Of a DNA stretch of 64,000 nt, positions 47,434-60,022 are shown in pieces. Positions within the stretch are counted from its first letter, which is position 1, and the number at the start of each line of letters is the position of its first letter. The notes under the pieces were generated by a model. It was not told the origin of the DNA. It saw only the letters and a list, made by a program, of their open reading frames with translations, and ran no database searches. Location of the stretch: assembly GCA_977018835.1 (NCBI GenBank), contig OZ361256.1, forward strand, positions 124,001 through 188,000, given 5' to 3'. A program made the position numbers and the translations under genes. The DNA is from Minutocellus sp. GHC0000111 (taxonomy: Eukaryota).

Positions 47434-48306
47434 CTACCTACTTTCATCCCCGAAAGTAATTCTCGCCTGTGCGATTTGTAGTTCTGATACTAGCGGCCTC
47501 TTCTTGAAACGACCTTGATCTTTGTTGCGGCTGGAGCTGCCATTGAACTTGGTCTTGGCGGTGTACTCGTGGTAGGTCTCGTTACATAATTCTTCTTCCT
47601 CTTTGGGAACCGGAGAGCGGCCGTCTTCTGCTTGGTGCTGGCTCGCTGCATTGCGTGCAGACTTGGAAAGCTTGCTGACCTTGTGCCTGATTTGTGGCAG
47701 GCCGGCCGCCTTGTCAGTTTCGGAGACATTTCGGCCTGGATTCCTTCTGCCGTCGTCCAAGGAAATTTCGCCGTATCTCCGTTGAAGTTCGTCGAACGAT
47801 TTGGAAGGCGATGTGCTTGTGCGTGGGTCTGCGTCCTGCTGGTCGTCGGAAGCATCATCGGACGATGTTCGATCAGCGATCGGCGGTGATGACGAAGCCG
47901 AGGCGTGGATATCATCGCCGTGAGCATGGTCGGTCGGCACAACTTCGTCGTGCAGGCCTGACAGGATGTTTCGAAGAGACGACGACCTGCCCTCACCGAT
48001 TGTGCGAAGAGAAGGGGCTTCTCCGACCGAGGCACGCCGTCGTTGCACATCTCGATCGGAATGCGATCGGATGTGATGCTGATACATGTACTGCGAGCGA
48101 CGGAGGCGTCGTACCTCCGCCCGCGCCTCGTCGCGCTCACGGGCCAGCCGCTGATTGGCCAGCGTAAGATCGTCGACCTTGGCCAGTGCCTCGGCGAGGT
48201 CCATCTTGAGGTCGACGGCGAGCTTTCGCAGAGCTGTGACGAGACGATTGCTACTTTCGTTGTTGATGCTGCTTGACGATGTTGCGGTGCTGGAGGTCGA
48301 GTCCAT
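47434..48306 (-). CDS. Hypothetical protein with N-terminal coiled coil and disordered tail
   Basis: 290-aa ATG-started ORF, intact in the second copy. Confidence 0.65.
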   Translation of the reverse strand: MDSTSSTATSSSSINNESSNRLVTALRKLAVDLKMDLAEALAKVDDLTLANQRLARERDEARAEVRRLRRSQYMYQHHIRSHSDRDVQRRRASVGEAPSLRTIGEGRSSSLRNILSGLHDEVVPTDHAHGDDIHASASSSPPIADRTSSDDASDDQQDADPRTSTSPSKSFDELQRRYGEISLDDGRRNPGRNVSETDKAAGLPQIRHKVSKLSKSARNAASQHQAEDGRSPVPKEEEELCNETYHEYTAKTKFNGSSSRNKDQGRFKKRPLVSELQIAQARITFGDESR

Positions 48307-48882
48307 TATAATGCACCCAAGTTTGCTATGTCAAATTGTCAGTTGATCCGGTGGACAAATCTACTTGCGTTTTACTCCAGCGGTGGCTGGACCAGCTGGT
48401 TGTCTTGCTTTGTGCGATGACTTTTGCTCAGTTTTCACCTTTGCCTGTATGAGCCGAAACGGGTCACTCGAGAAGAATGAATCAATCGATGGATCGATGA
48501 TATTATAACTTCTCGGTGCAACAAGTTTGCTTTCTCATGGGTCCGCCCAGTAGTAGTCTAGAGCAAGAGTGTCATTCTGTGTGGCTTTACCTCGCCGTGC
48601 GTGCCTCCTCGAAATCCTCGAAATGCAAACTGGGCCTTTGGCTGGCTGCTGGCGGGATGCACGCGCCCGACGCCTGTTTGTCGCTTGTTTTGGCCTTCTC
48701 GATCGAATGACCTGTCTGAGAATGCCCGCATGTCACCTTTGGGGGGAGGCAAATCAGTTCCCAGGTTTTTGTAAGTTCAGACTGCCCCTCTAATCTTCCA
48801 AATCCTCCCGTCACACTCGCCTTCTGCCATGCGATGCGTGCCCGTGCCATAGCGAGCTGCGTCTGCGTGCTATTGAGATGAA

Positions 48883-50586
48883 ATGAGATCTCAACTGCTC
48901 TCCCTCCTGATCTTCGAGGCGCTTCTTCTGCCCCATAATCGCTCGAGTCTTGTCGGTGCGCAGGAAAGCGGCGAGGCGGATTCAGATACATCATGCACAA
49001 CATGTGCCAGAAAAGCAGAAACAAATGCGTCGTCCAACGATGAGGAGCAAGGCGAGACGATCGTGTCAGGTGATGATGAGATGGAAAGCAATGAAATGAT
49101 GAACGAATCTGAAGCTTCCCCCAGTGATAATGCATCAGACGAGCCATACGTGTATCCTCCGCCGGTATCGCATGCGAACTACCAGCCCAGGAATCGAGAC
49201 GACTCCGCACCGTCCACGGCGAGCTTATTTTTCCGACCAATCATGAGACTGGAAGATTTATCAGTGGAGGAATTTTATGAAGAGTACTCACCCGCCGAGA
49301 AGGCCATACCAATTGTATTTGAGAATTTGATGCCCTCAACGTTCGATCCAGACGATTGGACGCGTGAGGCCATCATTAAGGAATGTGGTCACATACCTTT
49401 GATCGATCCGGACGAAAAGGATTGTGCGAACCTCACGAAGGCGGCAGCTGATGAGGACTGTCATCAGCTCAGGTATGTAAATGCTTCGTTATTCGGAAAG
49501 GAGTGGGCGGGAATGGTGACGGCCAACCTGACCGAACTGAATGTAACGACTCTGAAAGATGTGCTGGAACTTCAGGACAGGCCGGAGGGACATCATTATT
49601 ATCTGCACGATGGCAGCCTCTCGTACATCTGTCCTCCAGCGGTGGAACGCATACGTGTGCCCAAGTACTTTCCATTTGACTATCGAATGTTGGACAACGA
49701 TCCCGACACGGTCGAGGATATGGAGCTGGAACATTGGCCAGATATCTTCATCTCCAAGAAGGGGACGGGCTCGCCCTTGCATTGCGATGCCGACATGTCG
49801 AGATTTTATTTCCAACTCTTATCTGGCAAAAAGTTGTGGCGGATCATGCCGCCGTCGGAGTATTGGAGGGCATCGCCAACCGACGTGGATGACTACTACC
49901 CATCCAAATTTGAGGTGGATCTGATGAATGTGGACTTTGACAAGTTCCCGGAAATGGACGGAGCTCTGGTGTACGAGGCAGTCCTCGATCCGGGAGATGT
50001 CATCTTTGTACCAGAAAGTTGGGCCCACCAAGTCATTAACTTGGAAGATTCGATTGCCACCTCAATGAATTTCGTTGATTATCACGGTGCCCCTGCGCAT
50101 ATTCGGGCCATGTTGCACGACAAAGGTCACAAGTTTGAGCGTTCGTACTTTTATCGAATGATGCATTCCTACATGACTCCCTTGGATGAGCCCGATCGAG
50201 ACATTGAGGAAGGGGAAGACGGCAATTATGCCATCGATGATTGGTTACAGCAGCATCACTTTTATTTGCTTGATGTTCCCGAAGCGGTTGAAGACTTTGT
50301 GGAGTATCGATCAAAGTTTCGAAACGGTTTGAATACCTATCGAACATCCGATGGCTTTCCGGCCCTTCACGTGGCCGTAATGTCCAACTTCGAGGCGGTT
50401 GTGGAGCACCTGCTGGAGAATGGAGCATCGCTACTAGAAAGAGACTATATGGGTAGGACCGCAAAAGATGTTGCAGTCAAATTGGAACATTATGAAATCG
50501 AGGACATGCTGGACTGGCACCGGCGAGATCGAGGCAGTCGGTCCTTCCGAAGATACATCAATTGGTACGCAAATGCCCTGTTTTAG
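48883..50586 (+). CDS. JmjC-domain dioxygenase with signal peptide and C-terminal ankyrin repeat
   Basis: GTGSPLHCD, SGKKLW, PGDVIFVPESWAHQVINLE (JmjC); GFPALHVAV....AVVEHLLENGA...D..GRTA (ankyrin); hydrophobic N-terminus. Confidence 0.9.
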   Translation: MRSQLLSLLIFEALLLPHNRSSLVGAQESGEADSDTSCTTCARKAETNASSNDEEQGETIVSGDDEMESNEMMNESEASPSDNASDEPYVYPPPVSHANYQPRNRDDSAPSTASLFFRPIMRLEDLSVEEFYEEYSPAEKAIPIVFENLMPSTFDPDDWTREAIIKECGHIPLIDPDEKDCANLTKAAADEDCHQLRYVNASLFGKEWAGMVTANLTELNVTTLKDVLELQDRPEGHHYYLHDGSLSYICPPAVERIRVPKYFPFDYRMLDNDPDTVEDMELEHWPDIFISKKGTGSPLHCDADMSRFYFQLLSGKKLWRIMPPSEYWRASPTDVDDYYPSKFEVDLMNVDFDKFPEMDGALVYEAVLDPGDVIFVPESWAHQVINLEDSIATSMNFVDYHGAPAHIRAMLHDKGHKFERSYFYRMMHSYMTPLDEPDRDIEEGEDGNYAIDDWLQQHHFYLLDVPEAVEDFVEYRSKFRNGLNTYRTSDGFPALHVAVMSNFEAVVEHLLENGASLLERDYMGRTAKDVAVKLEHYEIEDMLDWHRRDRGSRSFRRYINWYANALF

Positions 50587-53500
50587 TAGGGGGCGTCGCG
50601 AAGTGGCTATCACGATCCGAACACCCAATCAAGACCATCTACATGTACTACATAGCTATATATTATCGATGACATAGATCCACATTTTTTCATAAGTCAA
50701 TGCTTTCGCTATCGATTTGTTCGCCTTGTCTTCTTCTTTTCTTGCGCCCAAGAAGGGGGGGTCGACGCCCGCCGAGAATTCAGATTATTGGGGACGAACT
50801 TTTCTGACCGAGAACGATGATAGATCGGCATGTCGACGCAACCAAGAGTTTTCTGTTTGCTTTAGTTCTATTATGTGTGTATGTAAGAAGTTATTTTTGC
50901 ATGGATGGTGTACACTTGTCCACTCTATGGCGCTTAGTAGCTGTAATCATCTACAGTGGTTGGAACGGGCTGCCGCTGACCCCCACCTTCCTCTCACATA
51001 TTTAGTAACGATGATAAATAGCCAAGCAAGTCATTCTACTAAAGCTACTACCCATAGAATCCCACTATATACGTGTCCCGATGCCATGCTATGAGAGTGT
51101 TATTGAGTTCGTGATTATTTGTTGATCTGCAAGCCATGGCCCTTCGTGGAGGTCGACGACCACAGAAATTTACCGGGTTTTCATATCGATTTGCCTCCAT
51201 TACTTTCCATACAGGTACAAAGGACCTTCCATAAGTGTAGAGGTCGCTCAGGTATATGAAGGGCTGCCGAATGATGCCCTTCTCATTCAGTAGTTGTGAT
51301 TCATTGTCATTCAGTATCAACATTGGTATTTCGAATCAGCACCCTGCGAAATCTGGCGTCGACCTCCACGAAACGTTGCGATGCTCATAAAACCATCAAC
51401 CTTTGAAGCAAACCTGCGAAACTTTCCATCAATGAGCTGCCTCTTATCATAGTAAAGCAACAATGTTGCTCAGATACAGTGGTGTGTAGGTTTTGGCCTC
51501 CTTTGATTACCAAAAGGTCAATTTTTGACCTTCCGATGAGCAATTTTTGTCGTGTGACATTCATCTTGTGACAATAACGACTACCCCCAGCCCTTTCAGT
51601 CACTTTTCCGCTGTCACTTAAAATAAATCTAAAGCATATACATGGCGTGGCGATTTTCTGTGGGCATGGTGTTGATTTTGCGTTTACTTCTTTGATTGTG
51701 GACTCCCGTCCTTCAAGGAGGTCGAGAGCCCTGGCGACCGAGAAATTTTGAGCCGGAATTTCTCACCAAATGGCTCCTTCACTTTTCACAATGGCACCGA
51801 CACCATACCGCGAGTTAGTCCATCGCTCACATACGCCAATAGAGGCGCGACTATATCCTTCTGATGTAGTAGTTGTAAATCCTTGTGATTCTGTGTGAGA
51901 ATCAATATTTTGACCCAACACCCAACAATTTGTGCGGCGACCCCGACGAAAGGTCGAGTAGCCACTGAATCACCAAACTTGTAGAAAACCCCCGCGAAAC
52001 ATTCCATCCTTCGACACTCTTATATCATAGCGAAGTGAGGATGATAAGTTGCTGCTGTTCTTCCTAACCAATTCGGTAGACATTACCTCAAAATACTCCA
52101 TTTGCCTCCCAAACCAAGGGAAACCACGAAATTGGGACCGACTTGCCTCTAATACATATCACAATAACACCAAAGACCTTTCACACTCAAATAAATCCAA
52201 TAGGGTGGATAAGAAGCGCAGATCAATATCCTCTGGGTCGAGCATTTTTATTTCCAGATTGTTCAAACTCGCCGTCTTTGCTTCAGAAGACAGCGCTGAA
52301 AAGCGTGCCTCGTGCCCTTCACGAACATTCGAGTAAAAGCCGGGGCACCAATCTAGGCAGACCCACGAAACTTTACATCAAACTCAAGCCTTGTATCATA
52401 TCCACGTGTTCATGACTTGCTACATCAGTAACTATCTCTCTTTGCACCAATTCTATCCACATATTCGTAATTTGTACCTGAAAACTAGGGAAAAATGATT
52501 TCCCGAAATACATAAGACCAGATATTTTGACGCAACCATCGAGCCTAGATGCATCGAGCCTAGATGCATCGGAGTGATATCAATATTCAATGTGAGTATA
52601 TATTAATGATTGGAAAGGCTCGCAATAATTTGTTTAGGATGATTTCGGTTCCAAACGAGGAGAATGGTACCATGGAGGCGGCCGCGAAAGGAATTCGCCT
52701 CAAGTATTTTAAGGACACGAGATTCCAATCAGTTCTCACCCACGGAAATGCCTGCAATGGCAATCCCTTCGCTCTTTGATGTACTTATTGGTAGAAACGA
52801 ACAAGTTTCACTAGCCTTTGGTTCAATTTGGTGACCTTCGACGCCTAAACTGGGCGTAGCGGTCATCGCCAAGCACGAAAAATCACGTCGAAACCAAAGA
52901 AATGCCACAAAAGAAGCGCCTTCATGATACCAAAACCGCCAGAGAAGCTCACCAAATGAACCAGTTGGCTCATAGCAACAAAATCTAAGAGAATTTTCGT
53001 GATCCCATACCAGCTTCGCTCCCATTGTTAGGTAGCTCGGCCTTGAGAACAATTGTAGAGGATCTTTTTCGTATGATGTTTCGATGGATTTCTCACATAA
53101 ATTGTTTGTTGTGCAACTGATCACGTGAGCACAGCTGCATCACCGCTCGGCGATAGCACCATAATAATCTCCCATGCGGACATTAGTGGGCTAGTCCTCG
53201 TCGACTCGACACCATCGCTACTTTTCTGCGTTGATTGTATCATCTGACAGATGGAGACTCCGTCTTCAAAATGGCGAATTTCCATTGTCTGATTCAAGTT
53301 GCAAAGTAAGGGTCATAATGACAATTCGGCCGCTAATGTGCGCACAGTGCAAGAAGGATCACGTCTTAGATTGAAACAATGATTGCTCATCGTCTTGTGG
53401 ACTGCGGCAAGGTCGGCGGGCGCCCATGGCGTCGCCTTGATGTGGTGGCGTTTTGGCGAGGGCCGAGGTTTCCAAAAAGTACAAGCGCCAGAACCTGAGA

Positions 53501-53636
53501 GTCGTTGTATGTGCCAATTTCTCAGGAACTTTCCCATCGCCAGACAAAGGACAAAGTAGGGACCGACTTTACTTATTCTCCTTTACCTTTGGTGCTTTGG
53601 AGCATTTGCATTTCTCCTCACATCGCAAGAGAAACA

Positions 53637-54614
53637 ATGGTATTTCGAACAGCTACGGCTTCGCTGGCCCTTGTCGGATCGTTGCTGCTCTCGGAGCACA
53701 GCGATGCCGCTACCACTACATCCAGAAAAGGACGACGACGCGGTGTCGCCGCCAAAAACGACAATCGCCAACTTCGCACGAGAAAGTTGTCCAAGGGAGC
53801 GAAGAAGCAATATGAGCCACAAAGTGATGGCATGATTGCTCGTAATGACAACGGCGGTGGTGCGTTCCAAACTCCTGTGTTGGCAGGTTGCTTTCGTGAC
53901 TTCAAGGTTTGCGAATCGACCGGTACTCTCGTCAGCAGAAATCCAGCTCTTGGATGTGATTTCGATCCCTGCCCTCCCGGCGAAGGCGACAACGAGAACG
54001 ACGAGAACAACGAGAGCAACGCAAATCAAAGCACCTCGATGGAAAACTCCGATACTGGTGGTAGTGCGCCTCAGGACCTGCAACCAGGAAATGACGGTAC
54101 ATCTTCACAGCAGCCTCAACAATATCATCCAATCCAAATCATAGAGGAGAACATGCCAGTAACTCCTGGTGAATCCAACAACGAATATGCCGAGGGTGAC
54201 TTCCTCCTGCCTGATGGTGCCTGGGTGGGCTGTAATTGGGTTGCCAAGATGAAAACCGCGGAGAGATGCAAAGATACGACGGCCAACAATGAGTTGGTCA
54301 GTGATCTGTGTCCAGACGTATGCAACGCTGCTACCATTGAAGCCATTTTGGAGGAGAATACCCCAGCAGCAGTGACGACAGCACCAAACAATCTTGCCAA
54401 TTCGATGGAAACAATTAGCACAACAGGAAACTTCACCTTGACCAGCGGCATGACCGTGGATTGCGATTGGGTGGAGAAGAGGGTTGAAAGCCGTTGCTTC
54501 AAGAAGACTGAAGATATGAGGCAGGTGCGATATCTCTGTCCCGTGTGCACCCATGTCGTTGAAATTGTCAACCCTATCAGCTCCGTTGACAACACAACTT
54601 CTGATGGCTTATAA
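53637..54614 (+). CDS. Secreted Cys-repeat protein
   Basis: Signal peptide MVFRTATASLALVGSLLL; basic pro-region with RQL; C..D.KVC..G..VSR.P...C.F.PCP motif; two CxWV..RC..LCP.C repeats. Confidence 0.75.
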   Translation: MVFRTATASLALVGSLLLSEHSDAATTTSRKGRRRGVAAKNDNRQLRTRKLSKGAKKQYEPQSDGMIARNDNGGGAFQTPVLAGCFRDFKVCESTGTLVSRNPALGCDFDPCPPGEGDNENDENNESNANQSTSMENSDTGGSAPQDLQPGNDGTSSQQPQQYHPIQIIEENMPVTPGESNNEYAEGDFLLPDGAWVGCNWVAKMKTAERCKDTTANNELVSDLCPDVCNAATIEAILEENTPAAVTTAPNNLANSMETISTTGNFTLTSGMTVDCDWVEKRVESRCFKKTEDMRQVRYLCPVCTHVVEIVNPISSVDNTTSDGL

Positions 54615-54708
54615 GTAAAGGACAACACGCACTTCGACACTTCTCTCTGAAATAGAGTATTAGATTTGCCATTTAGAGCAATTTTATGAATTCCAAATCC
54701 TCACAACT

Positions 54709-55787
54709 TTATCTATCCTCGGCAATCTGCGTGCCATAGCGCAACCACACATCCTTGGCACCAAAGTCCTTCTGATTTACCCAGGGATGTACCCCTCCCT
54801 TGTAGTGAATAAGACAAACCGGCTCTGCACTCTCCCCCTCTGGTATCGTTCATAGTCCGATGCTCCCGAATTCCATGCTTTGGGCAAATCCTCAAAGTTG
54901 TCACCAATGATACAAATAAAAGGTGGCTGACTCCCACCTCTGTACAAAGATTCCTCTCGATTTCTCAAGGCTAATTCTCGTATCCGCTCGGATATGTTTT
55001 GATTCCGCCAACGCTGTAGGTGCATAAGGTACACGCCTGCATTGAAGCTCTTGGTTATCTGGCAAAATTCCTTCCGCAATTTCGCTTCGCTGTGCTTGTG
55101 TAAGCCACGGATTGGATTCTTATGACTTCTGGTTGCATATCGAGGAACTGCCGCTATGGTATAATTGTTTGCACTTTCGTCGGATAATGACTGCCGCACC
55201 AACGCATGAACATCACAAAGCACAATGACGTCGTTGTCCAAATATAAAATTTTGGTGGCGTGGATGCCATGCCGTTCGAACAATTCCGCCACAGCAAAGC
55301 GCGCATAGTTGGCGTACATGCCGTTGATCTGATCGTCTCGTCCTGCGTAGCCCGCGTTCATGTAGTCCAGTAAGTTGTACTCTGCCGCCACCTGCGTCAG
55401 ATTGAAGAAATGAATTGATGCATTTCGGAGGGCGGTTGATGACGATGGTCGCAACGGCTCCTTGCCGATGAAATAGAATTCCACTGGTCCAGAGGTGTGC
55501 CTTTGTATGGAATGGATTGCAGCTTCAACACCAGCAACGCTTTTCATGGTCGAAGAAAAGACAACGTGAACAGGCTCTACTCCTTCTCTATAGTCTGCAT
55601 TGTAATCTGCTTGGAGACTTTTGTCAACTGTCCAATTGCCACCAGTCGTCGAGTTGCTCTTCAACCTCGAACCTCGAGAGAGCAGCAACGGTATTCTTGC
55701 TCGCCACGATTCACGAAGTATGTGCTCGGAGAAAAGCGACACCAAAGCGACGGCCAGTAGAAGGACCGAGTAGAAGAGCGGGTTCAT
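54709..55787 (-). CDS. Glycosyltransferase family 8 (Golgi type II), frameshift near 54835
   Basis: N-terminal TM; NYARF, ILYLDND, FNAGV, GSQPP, WN. The conserved IHYKGGVHPW continues in a shifted frame to TAA at 54709. Confidence 0.85.
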
Positions 55788-56031
55788 AATGTCATTCCAT
55801 TTTTGCTTCGTGCCTTCATTGTGGTATTAGCAGTCTTTGATGGGTTGTGACTTGGCCAGGTCAAGCAAGGTTTTGTTCTGACTGGCGATTGTTGGGCGCT
55901 ACTTTCAGCTGACTTGTGCTGCTTCGCCGCCTCGCCGAAAGTCAGGGGCGACGAGCGAACGAACGAGAGCAGGAACCCCCGCGCCGAGCAGTCAGCCAAG
56001 CAAGAACGTTAGACCCGGCAGCAAAGCCAAC

Positions 56032-56466
56032 ATGACGACCACGGCGATCGCCGCTGTGCACCTTCTTCTCTTAGGTATATTCGGCGTATCTCGATATGCC
56101 TCTACACTCTCCACTGTTACCTCGGCGTTCCAACTCATGACGGATCGAGAGGCCGAATCGATCCTCGCCGAAAGTCCCGAACATAATAAAAATGCAGCAA
56201 TAGGTGTACGGCAGCAACCGGGGAAGGCTGAAAGTCACGGCGTCGTTGGCGAAGATGGGCCTGTGTTCTATCCCAATTGCCGATACAAGTGCTCGTCGCA
56301 GACATGCAAGAAGCGATTGAAATATCTGCAAAAGAAGAATCGGAAGCACTGAGGCAAATCTTTCGAGAACATCCCACGCATTGTCGCCAACGGAACATCG
56401 AGTTAGCATCGGCCGACCTATGCTTTGTGACTGCCGAATTTTCTGATAGGTCAGATGATATGGATC
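56032..56466 (+). CDS. Putative secreted or membrane protein, partial (runs into gap, probable frameshift)
   Basis: ATG followed by a hydrophobic stretch, divergent from the GT8 gene; overlapping ORFs are open to the gap. Confidence 0.4.
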
Positions 56467-56666
56467 NNNNNNNNNNNNNNNNNNNNNNNNNNNNNNNNNN
56501 NNNNNNNNNNNNNNNNNNNNNNNNNNNNNNNNNNNNNNNNNNNNNNNNNNNNNNNNNNNNNNNNNNNNNNNNNNNNNNNNNNNNNNNNNNNNNNNNNNNN
56601 NNNNNNNNNNNNNNNNNNNNNNNNNNNNNNNNNNNNNNNNNNNNNNNNNNNNNNNNNNNNNNNNNN
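56467..56666. other. Assembly gap (200 N)
   Basis: Run of N. Confidence 1.
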
Positions 56667-56859
56667 TCACTTGATAACTCGTCGATGGGCAATGAGTTCG
56701 ACACCGTAGTGAATACGGCACGTGTAGCGTAATACTGAAAGCGATATTTCTTTGAGTTCAAATATGTTATTTGTACGAATGTATGCTCATGCTTAGTGAA
56801 TATATCGACTCTCGGCGGTCGATCACTCGCTCGAGAGTCCAATCCACTACTATAATCTA

Positions 56860-57732
56860 CTACCTACTTTCATCCCCGAAAGTAATTCTGGCCTGTGCGA
56901 TTTGTAGTTCTGATACTAGCGGCCTCTTCTTGAAACGACCTTGATCTTTGTTGCGGCTGGAGCTGCCATTGAACTTGGTCTTGGCGGTGTCCTCGTGGTA
57001 GGTCTCGTTACATAATTCTTCTTCCTCTTTGGGAACCGGAGAGCGGCCGTCTTCTACTTGGTGCTGGCTCGCTGCATTGCGTGCAGACTTGGAAAGCTTG
57101 CTGACCTTGTGCCTGATTTGTGGCAGGCCGGCCGCCTTGTCAGTTTCGGAGACATTTCGGCCTGGATTCCTTCTGCCGTCGTCCAAGGAAATTTCGCCGT
57201 ATCTCCGTTGAAGTTCGTCGAACGATTTGGAAGGCGATGTGCTTGTGCGTGGGTCTGCGTCCTGCTGGTCGTCGGAAGCATCATCGGACGATGTTCGATC
57301 AGCGATCGGCGGTGATGACGAAGCCGAGGCGTGGATATCATCGCCGTGAGCATGGTCGGTCGGCACAACTTCGTCGTGCAGGCCTGACAGGATGTTTCGA
57401 AGAGACGACGACCTGCCCTCACCGATTGTGCGAAGAGAAGGGGCTTCTCCGACCGAGGCACGCCGTCGTTGCACATCTCGATCGGAATGCGATCGGATGT
57501 GATGCTGATACATGTACTGCGAGCGACGGAGGCGTCGTACCTCCGCCCGCGCCTCGTCGCGCTCACGGGCCAGCCGCTGATTGGCCAGCGTAAGATCGTC
57601 GACCTTGGCCAGTGCCTCGGCGAGGTCCATCTTGAGGTCGACGGCGAGCTTTCGCAGAGCTGTGACGAGACGATTGCTACTTTCGTTGTTGATGCTGCTT
57701 GACGATGTTGCGGTGCTGGAGGTCGAGTCCAT
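56860..57732 (-). CDS. Coiled-coil hypothetical protein, second copy
   Basis: Two amino-acid differences from 47434..48306. Confidence 0.65.
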   Translation of the reverse strand: MDSTSSTATSSSSINNESSNRLVTALRKLAVDLKMDLAEALAKVDDLTLANQRLARERDEARAEVRRLRRSQYMYQHHIRSHSDRDVQRRRASVGEAPSLRTIGEGRSSSLRNILSGLHDEVVPTDHAHGDDIHASASSSPPIADRTSSDDASDDQQDADPRTSTSPSKSFDELQRRYGEISLDDGRRNPGRNVSETDKAAGLPQIRHKVSKLSKSARNAASQHQVEDGRSPVPKEEEELCNETYHEDTAKTKFNGSSSRNKDQGRFKKRPLVSELQIAQARITFGDESR

Positions 57733-58323
57733 TATAATGCACCCAAGTTTGCTATGTCAAATTGTCAGTTGATCCGGTGGACAAATCTACTTGCGTTTTA
57801 CTCCAGCGGTGGCTGGACCAGCTGGTTGTCTTGCTTTGTGCGATGACTTTTGCTCAGTTTTCACCTTTGCCTGTATGAGCCGAAACGGGTCACTCGAGAA
57901 GAATGAATCAATCGATGGATCGATTATATTATAACTTCTCGGTGCTCAGACTATTAGTGCAACAAGTTTGCTTTCTCATGGGTCCGCCCAGTAGTAGTCT
58001 AGAGCAAGAGTGTCATTCTGTGTGGCTTTACCTCGCCGTGCGTGCCTCCTCGAAATCCTCGAAATGCAAACTGGGCCTTTGGCTGGCTGCTGGCGGGATG
58101 CACGCGCCCGACGCCTGTTTGTCGCTTGTTTTGGCCTTCTCGATCGAATGACCTGTCTGAGAATGCCCGCATGTCACCTTTGGGGGGAGGCAAATCAGTT
58201 CCCAGGTTTTTGTAAGTTCAGACTGCCCCTCTAATCTTCCAAATCCTCCCGTCACACTCGCCTTCTGCCATGCGAGGCGTGCCCATGCCATAGCGAGCTG
58301 CGTCTGCGTGCTATTGAGATGAA

Positions 58324-60022
58324 ATGAGATCTCAACTGCTCTCCCTCCTGATCTTCGAGGCGCTTCTTCTGCCCCATAATCGCTCGAGTCTTGTCGGTGC
58401 GCAGGAAAGCGGCGAGGCGGATTCAGATACATCATGCACAACATGTGCCAGAAAAGCAGAAACAAATGCGTCGTCCAACGATGAGGAGCAAGGCGAGACG
58501 ATCGTGTCAGGTGATGATGAGATGGAAAGCAATGAAATGATGAACGAATCTGAAGCTTCCCCCAGTGATAATGCATCAGACGAGCCATACGTGTATCCTC
58601 CGCCGGTATCGCATGCGAACTACCAGCCCAGGAATCGAGACGACTCCGCACCGTCCACGGCGAGCTTATTTATCCGACCAATCATGAGACTGGAAGATTT
58701 ATCAGTGGAGGAATTTTATGAAGAGTACTCACCCGCCGAGAAGGCCATACCAATTGTATTTGAGAATTTGATGCCCTCAACGTTCGATCCAGACGATTGG
58801 ACGCGTGAGGCCATCATTAAGGAATGTGGTCACATACCTTTGATCGATCCGGACGAAAAGGATTGTGCGAACCTCACGAAGGCGGCAGCTGATGAGGACT
58901 GTCATCAGCTCAGGTATGTAAATGCTTCGTTATTCGGAAAGGAGTGGGCGGGAATGGTGACGGCCAACCGAACTGAATGTAACGACTCTGAAAGATGCGC
59001 TGGAACTTCAGGACAGGCCGGAGGGACATCATTATTATCTGCACGATGGCAGCCTCTCGTACATCTGTCCTCCAGCGGTGGAACGCATACGTGTGCCCAA
59101 GTACTTTCCATTTGACTATCGAATGTTGGACAACGATCCCGACACGGTCGAGGATATGGAGCTGGAACATTGGCCAGATATCTTCATCTCCAAGAAGGGG
59201 ACGGGCTCGCCCTTGCATTGCGGTGCCGACATGTCGAGATTTTATTTCCAACTCTTATCTGGCAAAAAGTTGTGGCGGATCATGCCGCCGTCGGAGTATT
59301 GGAGGGCATCGCCAACCGACGTGGATGACTACTACCCATCCAAATTTGAGGTGGATCTGATGAATGTGGACTTTGACAAGTTCCCGGAAATGGACGGAGC
59401 TCTGGTGTACGAGGCAGTCCTCGATCCGGGAGATGTCATCTTTGTACCAGAAAGTTGGGCCCACCAAGTCATTAACTTGGAAGATTCGATTGCCACCTCA
59501 ATGAATTTCGTTGATTATCACGGTGCCCCTGTGCATATTCGGGCCATGTTGCACGGCAAAGGTCACAAGTTTGAGCGTTCGTACTTTTATCGAATGATGC
59601 ATTCCTACATGACTCCCTTGGATGAGCCCGATCGAGACATTGAGGAAGGGGAAGACGGCAATTATGCCATCGATGATTGGTTACAGCAGCATCACTTTTA
59701 TTTGCTTGATGTTCCCGAAGCGGTTGAAGACGTTGTGGAGTATCGATCAAAGTTTCGAAACGGTTTGAATACCTATCGAACATCCGATGGCTTTCCGGCC
59801 CTTCACGTGGCCGTAATGTCCAACTTCGAGGCGGTTGTGGAGCACCCGCTGGAGAATGGAGCATCGCTACTAGAAAGAGACTATATGGGTAGGACCGCAA
59901 AAGATGTTGCAGTCAAATTGGAACATTATGAAATCGAGGACATGCTGGACTGGCACCGGCGAGATCGAGGCAGTCGGTCCTTCCGAAGATACATCAATTG
60001 GTACGCAAATGCCCTGTTTTAG
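58324..60022 (+). pseudogene. JmjC-ankyrin gene, second copy, frameshifted and catalytically dead
   Basis: 5-bp deletion at ~58968 (AACCTGACCGAA -> AACCGAA); HCD->HCG; ankyrin HLL->HPL. Confidence 0.85.
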
